DNA of 44,389 bases from Nanobdellota archaeon (GTDB lineage Archaea > Nanobdellota > Nanobdellia > SCGC-AAA011-G17 > GW2011-AR17). Below the pieces are notes generated by a model. It was not told the origin of the DNA and did not search any database. It saw only the letters and a program-made list of their open reading frames with translations. The translations under genes and the position numbers were made by a program. Numbering within the stretch: the stretch's first letter is position 1; the number at the start of each line of letters is the position of its first letter. The stretch is taken from assembly GCA_018830945.1 (NCBI GenBank), contig JAHJRD010000002.1, forward strand, positions 1-44,389. The letters run 5' to 3'. This document shows, in pieces, positions 1 through 8,689 of this stretch.

Positions 1-85
1 CCTCAAGGAACACTGAGGAGTCCACGAAATAAACAGGCAGGCTATCTTTTCTCTTCTCAAGCTTTTTTATTGTGCTTTTTTTCAT
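1..85 (-). CDS. Partial CDS (N-terminus only, continues beyond window edge), PIN-domain-like
   Basis: A minus-strand ATG at 83-85 opens MKKSTIKKLEKRKDSLPVYFVDSSVFLE and stays open to the window edge. The h-h-F-V-D-S-S-V pattern matches the first acidic motif of PIN/VapC nucleases. Only 28 codons are visible. Confidence 0.3.
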   Translation of the reverse strand, partial: MKKSTIKKLEKRKDSLPVYFVDSSVFLE

Positions 86-162
86 CAGCGTATCGTATGG
101 CTTCTGCATTTAAAAGAATTGGCATTTTGGATTTGGAAGACTTCCGGAAAAGGCGGAAAAAC

Positions 163-756
163 CTACTCAGCCTCTTCCCATAACTTATAAAACAAATTCT
201 TCAGGTTTTCTGCAAACCCTATATTATCAATAAATATAACCCCTCCGAACACCATAGGGTCCTCATGAACAAGCTTAAGCAAAACTTTCCTGCTGTCTAT
301 TATGTCACATCTTATGAAATCAGTGTCAAGCCTTTTAACATTAAACCCCTTTGGATTTTTTCTGTTCAGCTTTTCAAGAATCTTCGGAAGCTTGGCATTC
401 GCAGGGTAGATTGCTTTAAAACTAACCCCTCTTTCAGTTGCTTTCTCAATTTCCTTTTCCCAGATTGTCTTGCTTTTTCTGTTTGATTTTGGCTTGTGGT
501 GTATGTTAATTATCTGCAAGACTTCTTTTTCAGCTTCCTGGAAGGTTCTTAATTGTATTCTTCTGTTATCTTCCGGTATAGTTCCCAACTCAAAGAATGG
601 CGTTGCTCTTCCTTCCTGCCTGTCAAACAATGTCGCAGCTTCCTGAAGCGTGCTGATAATTTTCTGCTGCTTTTCCTCATGATTCTTGACAAGCCTTGAT
701 ATTGTTTCTGACGCATTCGGCACATAAAGCCTCTTCGGCCTTTCTGATGTCTGCAT
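163..756 (-). CDS. Hypothetical protein; C-terminal half resembles the effector domain of TrmB-family regulators, no N-terminal wHTH seen
   Basis: 197-aa ORF with an ATG start. The tail ...DIIDSRKVLLKLVHEDPMVFGGVIFIDNIGFAENLKNLFYKLWEEAE resembles TrmB-family C-terminal domains, judged from a remembered pattern only. The CDS is likely real; the function call is weak. Confidence 0.4.
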   Translation of the reverse strand: MQTSERPKRLYVPNASETISRLVKNHEEKQQKIISTLQEAATLFDRQEGRATPFFELGTIPEDNRRIQLRTFQEAEKEVLQIINIHHKPKSNRKSKTIWEKEIEKATERGVSFKAIYPANAKLPKILEKLNRKNPKGFNVKRLDTDFIRCDIIDSRKVLLKLVHEDPMVFGGVIFIDNIGFAENLKNLFYKLWEEAE

Positions 757-854
757 TGCAAGGCCTCTTTCCTTGTTTTGATTTTCCGCCTTTCCTGAAA
801 ATATTCCGCCATCCCAACCGCATTCTTTATAAGGATTAGATTTATCTAAATGCT

Positions 855-2708
855 ATGCATGAATTTTTCCCTCACGAGACAATAAGGCCTGTTCAAAATG
901 AATTCATGGACAAGGTGAAAGAGGCTTTGGAAAATAAGCATCACCTTATAGTGCACGCGCCAACCGGAATTGGAAAAACCGCGGCAGTTTTAACGCCAGC
1001 TATTGAGCACGCATTAAAAAACAAGACAACTGTGTTCTTCTTAACATCAAGGCACACCCAGCACATGATTGCTGTTGAAACCTTAATCAATATCAACAAT
1101 AAGAATAAGATAACAGCTGTTGACATTGTTGGAAAAAAGCACATGTGCGGCCATAAGGGGATTAATACGCTTACATCATCAGAGTTCTCAGAGTACTGCA
1201 AGGCAGTAAAGGAAAAGGATGAATGCGAATATTATTCAAACTTCAAGAAAAAAGGAAAGCTGACATTTGCAGCAGAATTATTAATAAATCAAATGAACAA
1301 GCCAGTCCATGTTGAGGACCTTGTGAGGAAATGCAAAAAAGAGAAAATCTGCCCTTTTGAGGTTGCCTGCAATATAGGAAAAACAGCAAATGTGATTATC
1401 GCTGACTACTACCATGTATTACACCCGGGCGTAAGGGAAACATTGTTCAAGAAAACAGGCAAGAACCTTGCAGACTCAATAATCATAATGGACGAAGCGC
1501 ATAACATCCCTGCGAGGGCAAGAAAGCTTTTGACATTCACATTAAGCACATACGCGATAGAGCAGGCGATTAAGGAGGCAAAATCAGTAGAGATGGAAGA
1601 GACAGCAAAGCACCTTATGGAATTGCAAAAAACAGTTGAAGCATTCGCGTCAAAAATAGATTTCCAAAAGCATGAAGCATTAATCTCAAAAAAAGAGCTT
1701 TTCGGAAAGATAGAAGATATCACAAACTATGAATTATTCGCAGGAACACTCCATACAATCGGCGATGAAATCATAGAGACAAAGAAGAGAAGCTTCTGCA
1801 CGTCAATAGCTAATTTTTTAGACGCATGGACAGGGCCTGACAACGGCTTTACAAGGATCGCATCAACAGGGTTTTTAAAATCAGGAAAAGCGTTTGCAGC
1901 AATCACATACAAGTGCCTGGACCCTTCAATACCCTTGAAAGAAATAGCGTCTTCAGCAAGAAGCATTATTGCAATGAGCGGAACTTTAACGCCAACAGAC
2001 ATGTATAAGGATTTATTAGGGTTTGAAAAGGCAGTATGCGCTGAATATGAAAGCCCTTTTCCAAAAGAAAACAGGCTAGGCCTTATTGTGCCGCAGACAT
2101 CAACAAAATACACAGCAAGGAGCCCTGCAATGTATTCATTGATTGCAAGGAAATGCGCTGAAATAGCAAACGCAATACCAGGCAATGCAGCAATCTTCTT
2201 CCCGAGCTACAGGATAATGGAGGATGTGTATGCAACGTTCCGGACATTATACAACAGGACAATATTCACTGAGCAGCCAGGCATGGGGAAGGAAGAAAAA
2301 GCAGGAATGCTTGACTCATTCAAGTCATACAAAGGCATAGGCGCTGTTTTATTAGGAGTCAGCGCAGGCAGCTTTGGAGAGGGAATTGACTTAATGGGGG
2401 ATTTTTTAAAAGGCGTCGTCATTGTCGGCCTGCCATTGACAAAGCCTGACCTGGAGACAGAGGAATTAATCAAGTATTTTGACTTAAAATACTCAAAAGG
2501 ATGGGACTATGGCTACATAATGCCTGCAATTATCACAACAATGCAGAATGCAGGAAGGTGTATCAGAAGCGAGACAGACAGGGGCATTATTGTATTTCTT
2601 GATGAGAGATACTTGTGGCCGAATTACAGGAAATGCTTTCCAAAAGAATGGAACCTTAAAGTGTCATTGAATGCAAGGGAAGAGATTGCTAATTTCTTCA
2701 AAAGCTAA
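855..2708 (+). CDS. xpd: XPD/Rad3-family (DinG-like) 5'-3' DNA helicase with FeS-cluster domain
   Basis: Walker A is VHAPTGIGKTAAVL and the DEAH box is IIMDEAHNI. Four Cys (HMCGH...EYCKAVKEKDECEYY...KICPF) sit between motifs I and II, as in XPD FeS domains. The C-terminal motif is AGRCIRSETDRG. A TATA-like ctttataagg lies about 25 nt upstream. Confidence 0.9.
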   Translation: MHEFFPHETIRPVQNEFMDKVKEALENKHHLIVHAPTGIGKTAAVLTPAIEHALKNKTTVFFLTSRHTQHMIAVETLININNKNKITAVDIVGKKHMCGHKGINTLTSSEFSEYCKAVKEKDECEYYSNFKKKGKLTFAAELLINQMNKPVHVEDLVRKCKKEKICPFEVACNIGKTANVIIADYYHVLHPGVRETLFKKTGKNLADSIIIMDEAHNIPARARKLLTFTLSTYAIEQAIKEAKSVEMEETAKHLMELQKTVEAFASKIDFQKHEALISKKELFGKIEDITNYELFAGTLHTIGDEIIETKKRSFCTSIANFLDAWTGPDNGFTRIASTGFLKSGKAFAAITYKCLDPSIPLKEIASSARSIIAMSGTLTPTDMYKDLLGFEKAVCAEYESPFPKENRLGLIVPQTSTKYTARSPAMYSLIARKCAEIANAIPGNAAIFFPSYRIMEDVYATFRTLYNRTIFTEQPGMGKEEKAGMLDSFKSYKGIGAVLLGVSAGSFGEGIDLMGDFLKGVVIVGLPLTKPDLETEELIKYFDLKYSKGWDYGYIMPAIITTMQNAGRCIRSETDRGIIVFLDERYLWPNYRKCFPKEWNLKVSLNAREEIANFFKS

Positions 2709-2896
2709 AAGGCCGCTGCCATACATTGCTTTATAGCATTATAAAACCATGTGAATCATTGAAGAGCTGCCTCCTTTTTTTGTGAATTATTTGCTTTATT
2801 TTCTGCTACAAAAATAGTGCGAAAAGCTTATAAACCCCTTATTTACACGTAAAGCTTATGGTTTCCAAACAAAGTAAACCTAAGAATGGAGAGAAC

Positions 2897-3169
2897 ATGA
2901 AAAGGGTCAGAATATTCATATGGGGAGATGTCCAGGGAAAATATTTCCGGGCTGCAATCCAGGAAAAAGCAGTAATGATGGACATTACCGGATATGTAAG
3001 AAACAAGGATGATGGAAGTGTTATGGCTGTTTTAGAAGGAGATGAGGCTGATATTGATGATGTTATAGATTTCTGCAAGGAAGGCCCGAGAGGCGCTGCT
3101 GTTGATGATGTTGATGTTGTTGATGAGAATTATGAAGGCGATTATGAGGATTTTGAGATAAGGCTGTAA
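2897..3169 (+). CDS. acyP: Acylphosphatase
   Basis: VRIFIWGDVQGKYFRAAIQEKAVMMDITGYVRNKDDGSVMAVLEG matches the acylphosphatase signatures V-x-G-x-V-Q-G-V-x-F-R and G-W-V-x-N. I chose the start at the ATG at 2897, preceded by ggaga, giving a typical length of about 90 aa. The ORF track starts at 2858. Confidence 0.85.
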   Translation: MKRVRIFIWGDVQGKYFRAAIQEKAVMMDITGYVRNKDDGSVMAVLEGDEADIDDVIDFCKEGPRGAAVDDVDVVDENYEGDYEDFEIRL

Positions 3170-3170
3170 G

Positions 3171-3626
3171 ATGGCTTTCAGCTTAAAAGACATTCTTGAA
3201 GGGATTCAGTCATTTCCTAATGTAACTCTTGCAGACATGCTGCATTTTGAGAATACTTTTGATGAAACCAGGGGCGCATTTTATGATTATCATTATGTTC
3301 TTGTTGCCCCTAATGTTCCTGTTTACACCACGCCCGGGCTGAACAGAATTTTGCTGCAACTCCAAAACGAGCTTGGCTCTGACCATATTGAGCCGTGCAG
3401 GATAGACAGGAAAGTAATGGCTTACGGCAGGATTTATTTCACAACACAGCCTGACAAGGAAGTTGAGCATTATCAGTGCGGCATTGTCACACTAATCCCT
3501 AATGCAAGCCTTGCAGTGGAAATAAAAGCAAGAGTCATGGATGACTGGTATATCGCGCTTAAGGAGCTTAATTTAAAGAAATTCAGAAGGATGAAGCTGA
3601 GGGACAGGACTCTCAGAAGGCATTAA
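3171..3626 (+). CDS. Hypothetical protein
   Basis: 151-aa ORF whose ATG is 1 nt after the acyP stop (taagATG), implying co-transcription. No motif recognised. Confidence 0.5.
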   Translation: MAFSLKDILEGIQSFPNVTLADMLHFENTFDETRGAFYDYHYVLVAPNVPVYTTPGLNRILLQLQNELGSDHIEPCRIDRKVMAYGRIYFTTQPDKEVEHYQCGIVTLIPNASLAVEIKARVMDDWYIALKELNLKKFRRMKLRDRTLRRH

Positions 3627-3733
3627 AGGCAAGCTTTGCTTTCAATGATTTTATTATTTTTTAATGTAAGAATTAAGTGAATTGCAGGGGCTTTTTCAGC
3701 AATACATTTATATAAAACAAGAACATTCTTTCT

Positions 3734-4036
3734 ATGAAGGGTGATGATATTATAAAATCAAATGATACACTATATAAAAGGCTTAATGATTATATAAACA
3801 AGCAATCTGCCAAGGCCGGCGGAGTATTAACCATGGCAGTCGGCACAGGAGGCGGGGCAGGTGTTGCAGCAGAGAATGAATCCTATGCACTTTGCGGCAT
3901 CCTAACCGCATTAAGCCTGTTCTTTATCGGAGCAGCTGTGACATATTTTCAGCAGGCAGCTCAGGCAAGCTTCAGGCGCGATGTTGAGATTAGCAAAAAG
4001 CCAGGCGGGCTTGAGAACAGCATAGAAGAAGACTGA
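3734..4036 (+). CDS. Hypothetical small membrane protein
   Basis: 100-aa ORF with a Gly/Ala-rich hydrophobic core (LTMAVGTGGGAGVAA...ALCGILTALSLFFIGAAVTYF). A TATA-like tttatataaa lies about 30 nt upstream. Confidence 0.45.
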   Translation: MKGDDIIKSNDTLYKRLNDYINKQSAKAGGVLTMAVGTGGGAGVAAENESYALCGILTALSLFFIGAAVTYFQQAAQASFRRDVEISKKPGGLENSIEED

Positions 4037-4068
4037 TTTTTTATTTCACGTACTTTACAATCCAGCAC

Positions 4069-4689
4069 TCACGCAGAATAAACAATTTTCTTTATCGCAT
4101 ACTCAATGCCTAAATTCCCAAATATCCTTTCAATGTCTTTTCTTTTCTGCCTGCTTACTAATATTCGCCCATTGCCCATATTAATAATGTCCTTCCCATC
4201 TATCAGTCCGGGATAGCTTTTCACAACCTTTTTTCCGCCATAATAATACCAGCTTTTCCTGCCATGAAGTATCTGGGAAAGCCTGACCTGCATAAGCCTC
4301 AGCCCAACATGGAATTCAAACAGGTAAAATGCCCTAAGCCCCAATGCCTCATTCCCAAGCGCAAGCAACCCTGATGAATAAACAAGCTTCCCTTCCTCCA
4401 TCATTTTCCGCATTAATGACTTATCCTGTTTTCCCATAACCAGCCCTTGATATTCCGGGTGCAGCCTTACTTTATATTCTGCATTGAGCCTTGATGTAAT
4501 CATCTCAATTTTCTGCTTAAGCAAAAAAGGCATTTTTTTCTTGGAAGCAAGCACAAGCAGGTCAATGTCAGAGTGCCTTTTGCTGTAATCTCCTCTTGCA
4601 AGGCTGCCGTAAAGGAAAACAGCAGAAATATCCTTAAAAGCAGGCATTTCATTTACAAATGCATCCACTGCCTTGTTTTCCCCATTCAT
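4069..4689 (-). CDS. Nucleotidyltransferase-domain protein (MNT/Pol-beta superfamily), partner of upstream HEPN-like gene
   Basis: The motif FLYGSLARGDYSKRHSDIDLLVL is the G-S-x(9-12)-D-x-D minimal NTase signature. Its start overlaps the stop of the upstream gene by 4 nt (ATGA at 4686-4689). See the finding on a possible frameshifted C-terminal tail. Confidence 0.75.
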   Translation of the reverse strand: MNGENKAVDAFVNEMPAFKDISAVFLYGSLARGDYSKRHSDIDLLVLASKKKMPFLLKQKIEMITSRLNAEYKVRLHPEYQGLVMGKQDKSLMRKMMEEGKLVYSSGLLALGNEALGLRAFYLFEFHVGLRLMQVRLSQILHGRKSWYYYGGKKVVKSYPGLIDGKDIINMGNGRILVSRQKRKDIERIFGNLGIEYAIKKIVYSA

Positions 4690-5060
4690 ATTATTTCCCC
4701 TGCAGCAAGGAGCGCGAATTTGCGCAGCATTTCATACTTCTTGCCATTTTGCGCGCGGTAGGCAACTGCATTTCTTAAATTTCTGTCAACAAGGTCGAAA
4801 AGCTCACGAAGCTCTTTTGAAAACATTCTGGCATTCTCAATAATCAGCCTTGCCCTGTTTTCATGGCTGTAAGAATGCATCTCCAATTCAGCAAGCTTTG
4901 CCTCTATCAAGCTTATGCCTGCATAAAAGTAATTTTGCGCAGCAACTGTCCTGTACGCAACCTTTGAGTCATTGCCGCTAGCCCGCTTAAACTTTTCATG
5001 CATGTCTTCTGCAATATCGAGATGCACCTTTGCGATTAGAATATGTATCTTTTTGTCCAT
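4686..5060 (-). CDS. HEPN-like helical protein, cognate of NTase 4069-4689
   Basis: All-helical protein of about 124 aa ending in ...LVDRNLRNAVAYRAQNG. It shares an R-N-x(3-5)-Y(G) motif with the two other NTase-linked partners in this window. The ORF-track start at 5078 is a TTG, so I used the ATG at 5058-5060. Confidence 0.5.
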   Translation of the reverse strand: MDKKIHILIAKVHLDIAEDMHEKFKRASGNDSKVAYRTVAAQNYFYAGISLIEAKLAELEMHSYSHENRARLIIENARMFSKELRELFDLVDRNLRNAVAYRAQNGKKYEMLRKFALLAAGEII

Positions 5061-5138
5061 TTTCTTTCTGTTTAACAATATAAACAGAAATAGTATATAA
5101 GCCTTCCTGTTTAAGATGTTAACCAGAAATGCCAGCCA

Positions 5139-6083
5139 TCAAGCCCAATGGAATCCTTTTGCAGCTTCCTGCCTGATTTCTGTGAATATTGAAGCATAAC
5201 CCGGAACCTTGGGCGCTTTCCTGTTGATGCCCATTCTTTTAATGTCATACAAGCTTCCTGGATAGCACCTGAGCGAGTCTGTATAAGTGCTTTTCAGCAT
5301 GCTCCTCAGCTTTTGCCAGTTAAAGAGCCCGTTATTTTTCCCTACTTCTATGAGAAGCCTATGCTCTGCAAGGGGCAGGTACTGGCAGATGTTGTCTGTT
5401 GCTATCGCCCTTTGCTTTTGCTTAAAGCCGTCAATCAGCGCCTCAACAAACAAGCCAACATCAAACTCCATTGAGCCCTTTTTCCTGAATGCGTCAATTG
5501 TCTTTGTCCTGCTGTAGAATGCCTCAAGGGTTTTTTCATCCGCATTCCTAAGGCTGAAATAGTCTTCAACGCATTTATTGACATTCTTTCTTTCATCAGG
5601 GTTTGTGTTAAGCCTGATATCCGCCATTTTAAGCGCGCCTGCCAGGATGTGGAGGTCTTTCAATAACAGTTTTTCAGGAAAAGTGAAAATCTTATAGACA
5701 TAGTCCTGGTAAAGCGCCCCTTTCCTGTGCGTCATGAGGTCTATGACAAAACATATAAATTCCCCGATTTCCCCTGCATTAGCAAATAAGTCGTTGAGGT
5801 AAACAACACCGCCCTCTTTTTTTGGCTCTTTTTCAAACGGGTTGAACACATCTATATTTTCTATGTCTTCGGCAGCATCGTGCAGCCATGCAGCAGCGAT
5901 TAAGGCATCCTGATACTTTGACTGAAGCGTAAGCTCGCCTGTCAGCAATGCAAGTTTTGCAAGGTGGTCATGGGTGTAAGGCAGGCCAGTGTCTCTTGTT
6001 ATGCCTTTGAAGAGCTGGTATGCAAGGCTGCTGGCGTACCCTTCAGCTGATTCGCCTTTCTCAATCTTCCTTATGGGCTGCAT
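5139..6083 (-). CDS. HD-domain protein, SpoT/RelA-hydrolase-like N-terminal domain plus uncharacterised C-terminal half
   Basis: H-x3-H...AAWLHDAAEDIE (the HD dyad) is followed by LKMADIRLNT, resembling the VKLADRLHNM helix of (p)ppGpp hydrolase HD domains. Confidence 0.55.
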   Translation of the reverse strand: MQPIRKIEKGESAEGYASSLAYQLFKGITRDTGLPYTHDHLAKLALLTGELTLQSKYQDALIAAAWLHDAAEDIENIDVFNPFEKEPKKEGGVVYLNDLFANAGEIGEFICFVIDLMTHRKGALYQDYVYKIFTFPEKLLLKDLHILAGALKMADIRLNTNPDERKNVNKCVEDYFSLRNADEKTLEAFYSRTKTIDAFRKKGSMEFDVGLFVEALIDGFKQKQRAIATDNICQYLPLAEHRLLIEVGKNNGLFNWQKLRSMLKSTYTDSLRCYPGSLYDIKRMGINRKAPKVPGYASIFTEIRQEAAKGFHWA

Positions 6084-6340
6084 AATGGCATATAATTAAA
6101 TGGTTATATAAAAGGCTTGTGATAAGGAAAAGCAGTAAAGGCGGATTTCTGCGGCTAAAAAAGGGCGGTAAAGGCGGCTTTGGTTTTATTGCTTTAATTG
6201 TTTTTCAATGAAGGAAATAAGTGAATTGGAGGGGCTTTCATAACATCTGCCTTTTTAGTGGCAACAAACAGAAAGGCTTAAATATGGGCTGTATATTACG
6301 CTATTATCCCAAGAAATAGCGCATAATGGGAGCAAATAAA

Positions 6341-7528
6341 ATGAAAACACCGGAAGCAGAGCTTGAAAGGCTGGTTGAGGAAGCGGGCAAGAAAGCGAAA
6401 GCCATGTCCAAATTAAGAGGCATGCACCCTGATTGTGAGAGAGGAATAGAAGTCTGTGAAGCCATAGAAGGGTATTATGCCGCCGCTAAATCAGCCCTGA
6501 AAAAAGGCGAACTCAATGCTGCTGTAACAGCCTTGCAGTTTCAGAGTTCTTGTGTTAAAGCATACATTAGCGAACTGGCGATGTTTCAGCCGCAACTTCG
6601 TTCATTTTTAGCAGAAAAGGGTATAGAAATGCCAGCACCAGCAACAAGAATGATAGATCTTGGAGAGTTGCAATTTTCCAGTCCTCAAGCAGATATTCGC
6701 AGCGGAAGAGGGCGGATAACAGAAGGAGGCATTCAATATAAAGGAATGGATGCTTTGCTCAAGCAGTATGAGGTGGCACTTGGAATTGAGAAATGGGGAG
6801 AGAAAAAGAGTTTTATAAATAATGTCAATAATATACTTGAGCCGGAGGAGATAAACAGGTTTTTGCAGGTGACAATAGCTTACAAAGCGCACGAAAAATA
6901 TGGTAACAATACAGGGCTTTTTGTAACACGGCTGATTCAGAACAGCTATGACGCCGGCTACGATAGTTTCCGCCTTGACACAAGGGCATTAAAAGAACTG
7001 CATTTTATAGGATGGGGAGCAAGAGGCAAAGATGGAAATCCGCTGGAGATTACTATAGAGGGGAATGCAGGGGAGCACTGCGGCGATCATGCAGAACGCT
7101 TAATAATCAGCATTGCAGGGAATGCAGGGCACTTCTGCGCCTATGAGGCAGAAGACTCAACAATCACTATTGGAGGGGATGCAGGGGCTTATTGCGGCCA
7201 TGATGCAAAAAGCTCAACAATCAGCATTGGAGGAAATGCAAGTAAAGACTGCGGCTGGAATGCAAAAAGCTCAACAATCAGCATTGCAGGGAATGCGAGA
7301 AATGCATGTGGCTTTGAGGCAGAAGACTCAAGAATCACTATTGGAGGGGATGCAGGGGACTGGTGCGGCTCCAATGCAAAACGCTCAATATTCAAGGCAA
7401 AGAAACCTGAGACGTTGGAAAATATGAAGAAGTATGTTGGAACAGGCAAGGGCAATAGGATATATTTTATACAAGCAGATGGGAATGAGGAAGAACTGCC
7501 TGAACAAGAATGGGGACGAATAAAATGA
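6341..7528 (+). CDS. Operon-A gene 1: uncharacterised protein with six C-terminal 19-aa Cys-containing beta-helix-like repeats (GXGXG-domain-like)
   Basis: The repeat is I-(T/S)-I-(G/A)-G-(D/N)-A-G-x-x-C-G-x-x-A-x-x-S-x, six copies. It resembles the G-x-A-G-x3-G-x2-M-x-G-G-x-I-x-V repeat of the FwdC / glutamate synthase C-terminal beta-helix. The central domain is paralogous to gene 5. The likely start is the ATG at 6341 (context gggagcaaataaaATG); the track start is 6326. Confidence 0.6.
   Translation: MKTPEAELERLVEEAGKKAKAMSKLRGMHPDCERGIEVCEAIEGYYAAAKSALKKGELNAAVTALQFQSSCVKAYISELAMFQPQLRSFLAEKGIEMPAPATRMIDLGELQFSSPQADIRSGRGRITEGGIQYKGMDALLKQYEVALGIEKWGEKKSFINNVNNILEPEEINRFLQVTIAYKAHEKYGNNTGLFVTRLIQNSYDAGYDSFRLDTRALKELHFIGWGARGKDGNPLEITIEGNAGEHCGDHAERLIISIAGNAGHFCAYEAEDSTITIGGDAGAYCGHDAKSSTISIGGNASKDCGWNAKSSTISIAGNARNACGFEAEDSRITIGGDAGDWCGSNAKRSIFKAKKPETLENMKKYVGTGKGNRIYFIQADGNEEELPEQEWGRIK
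7049..7390 (+). repeat. Six tandem 57-bp coding repeats (19 aa each), with 114-bp higher-order periodicity
   Basis: Unit boundaries read directly: 7049, 7106, 7163, 7220, 7277, 7334. Units 2 and 5 share ...gaggcagaagactcaa, and units 3 and 6 share atcactattggaggggatgcagggg. Confidence 0.9.
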
Positions 7529-8664
7529 GCAAAGGCAAGAATATTGAAGGATTGACAAAAACAGAGAATCCTGAGCAAAAGTTTGATGCAGAGCTCGGGT
7601 TTGCAAGCCTGGTGCACAGGTGCGTGTCCCGCAAACAGGTGATAGGGAAAAAGGATTTGCCAAGCCTAATAAAAGCAGTAGAAATCTTTGAAGCAAAGGA
7701 ACTTGCCTTTCCTGCTGCTGAAATTTCCGCATATGCGGCAGACATCACAAAAGACCCTGCATTATATGAGAAGGCAATCGCAAACTTTGAATGCGCGCCT
7801 GGCGGAGAAAGCGTGAATGCATGCATTATAGCCCGCTTAAAAAAGAAACAAGCCAAAGCAATAGAAAAGCTTAAGCCAAAGCCGAAATTTTCAGGAAAAG
7901 CACTTGCAGAAAGAATCCTTATTTCACTTGAAGAAAAGGTCAAGAAACAAAACATCAACAATATGCATGGTGTTTTGTTCATGGGGGAGGCTGATAAAGG
8001 GGGAGACAGAATCCATCCCTGTGTTCTGCTTGCGAAGAACGCTTCAGCAGCAATCGCATACGCTCTTATCGGAAACACTGAAAGGGCAAGTGAAATGCTG
8101 AAGGGGATAGAAGAGCACATAGGAAAAGTGAAATTTGGCAGACTCTACTATAACAACTCTGAGAGCAATGCATTGCTCACAAAAGACAGCGCGCTTGTTG
8201 CTGCATTATATTCAACCCTTGGGAATAAGGACGAAGCGCTTGCTATATTAAAAGACATAGACAAATGGATAGGCAAAAAGAATTCTCTTTACTGTTCCGG
8301 TACAAATACTGCCTATTGCCAAATAATATCTCCTGAAGCTATAACAACCGGTGCAAACGCAGCAATGGCGCTGGCATTCGCATCAGTCGGGAACAGGCAG
8401 AGAGCAGGGGAATTGCTTGAGGGGATAGAGCTTAAAATAGGCAGGCAGCGGGGCCTCTATAGGTATCGCGCTGAAAAAAGTAAATTCAATTCTGGAGGAG
8501 TAAGCGATACAAGCATGGTTGCGGCAGCGTATGCAGCAACAGGAAATAGCGATATGGCTGCAGGCATAGCAGAAACATTGCGCCTTAAGAAGCACAAGGA
8601 CACTTTTGTTGCGGTAACCTATGCGCTGCTTGACAAGACAAGAAGAAAATGGCAAGAGTATTAA
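7525..8664 (+). CDS. Operon-A gene 2: uncharacterised helical-repeat protein (alpha/alpha-toroid or TPR-like repeats)
   Basis: There are four copies of a motif of about 45 aa: A-A-(I/L/M)A(Y/F)A-x2-GN-x3-A-x2-(M/I/L)L-x-(G/D)I-x3-IG...(G)LY. Examples are AIAYALIGNTERASEMLKGIEEHIG and ALAFASVGNRQRAGELLEGIELKIG. The ATG at 7525 overlaps the gene-1 stop (ATGA). Confidence 0.55.
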   Translation: MSKGKNIEGLTKTENPEQKFDAELGFASLVHRCVSRKQVIGKKDLPSLIKAVEIFEAKELAFPAAEISAYAADITKDPALYEKAIANFECAPGGESVNACIIARLKKKQAKAIEKLKPKPKFSGKALAERILISLEEKVKKQNINNMHGVLFMGEADKGGDRIHPCVLLAKNASAAIAYALIGNTERASEMLKGIEEHIGKVKFGRLYYNNSESNALLTKDSALVAALYSTLGNKDEALAILKDIDKWIGKKNSLYCSGTNTAYCQIISPEAITTGANAAMALAFASVGNRQRAGELLEGIELKIGRQRGLYRYRAEKSKFNSGGVSDTSMVAAAYAATGNSDMAAGIAETLRLKKHKDTFVAVTYALLDKTRRKWQEY

Positions 8665-8689
8665 AAGAAATGAATAGGGAGAAATAAAA

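Noticed and set aside
549-812. 87-aa basic ORF overlapping the 5' part of 163-756 in another minus-strand frame, considered as a missing wHTH of a frameshifted TrmB-like gene
   Set aside because: The sequence (R/K/Q-rich, MAEYFQERRKIKTRKEALQCRHQKG...) shows no helix-turn-helix pattern, so there is no support for a frameshift fusion.
7113-7427. 104-aa ORF (MQGMQGTSAPMRQKTQQ...) in an alternative plus-strand frame of operon-A gene 1
   Set aside because: It is an artefact of the 57-bp tandem repeats, which stay open in a second frame. It has no independent start context and its sequence is low-complexity Q/M-rich. The main frame has a clear domain structure and operon coupling.
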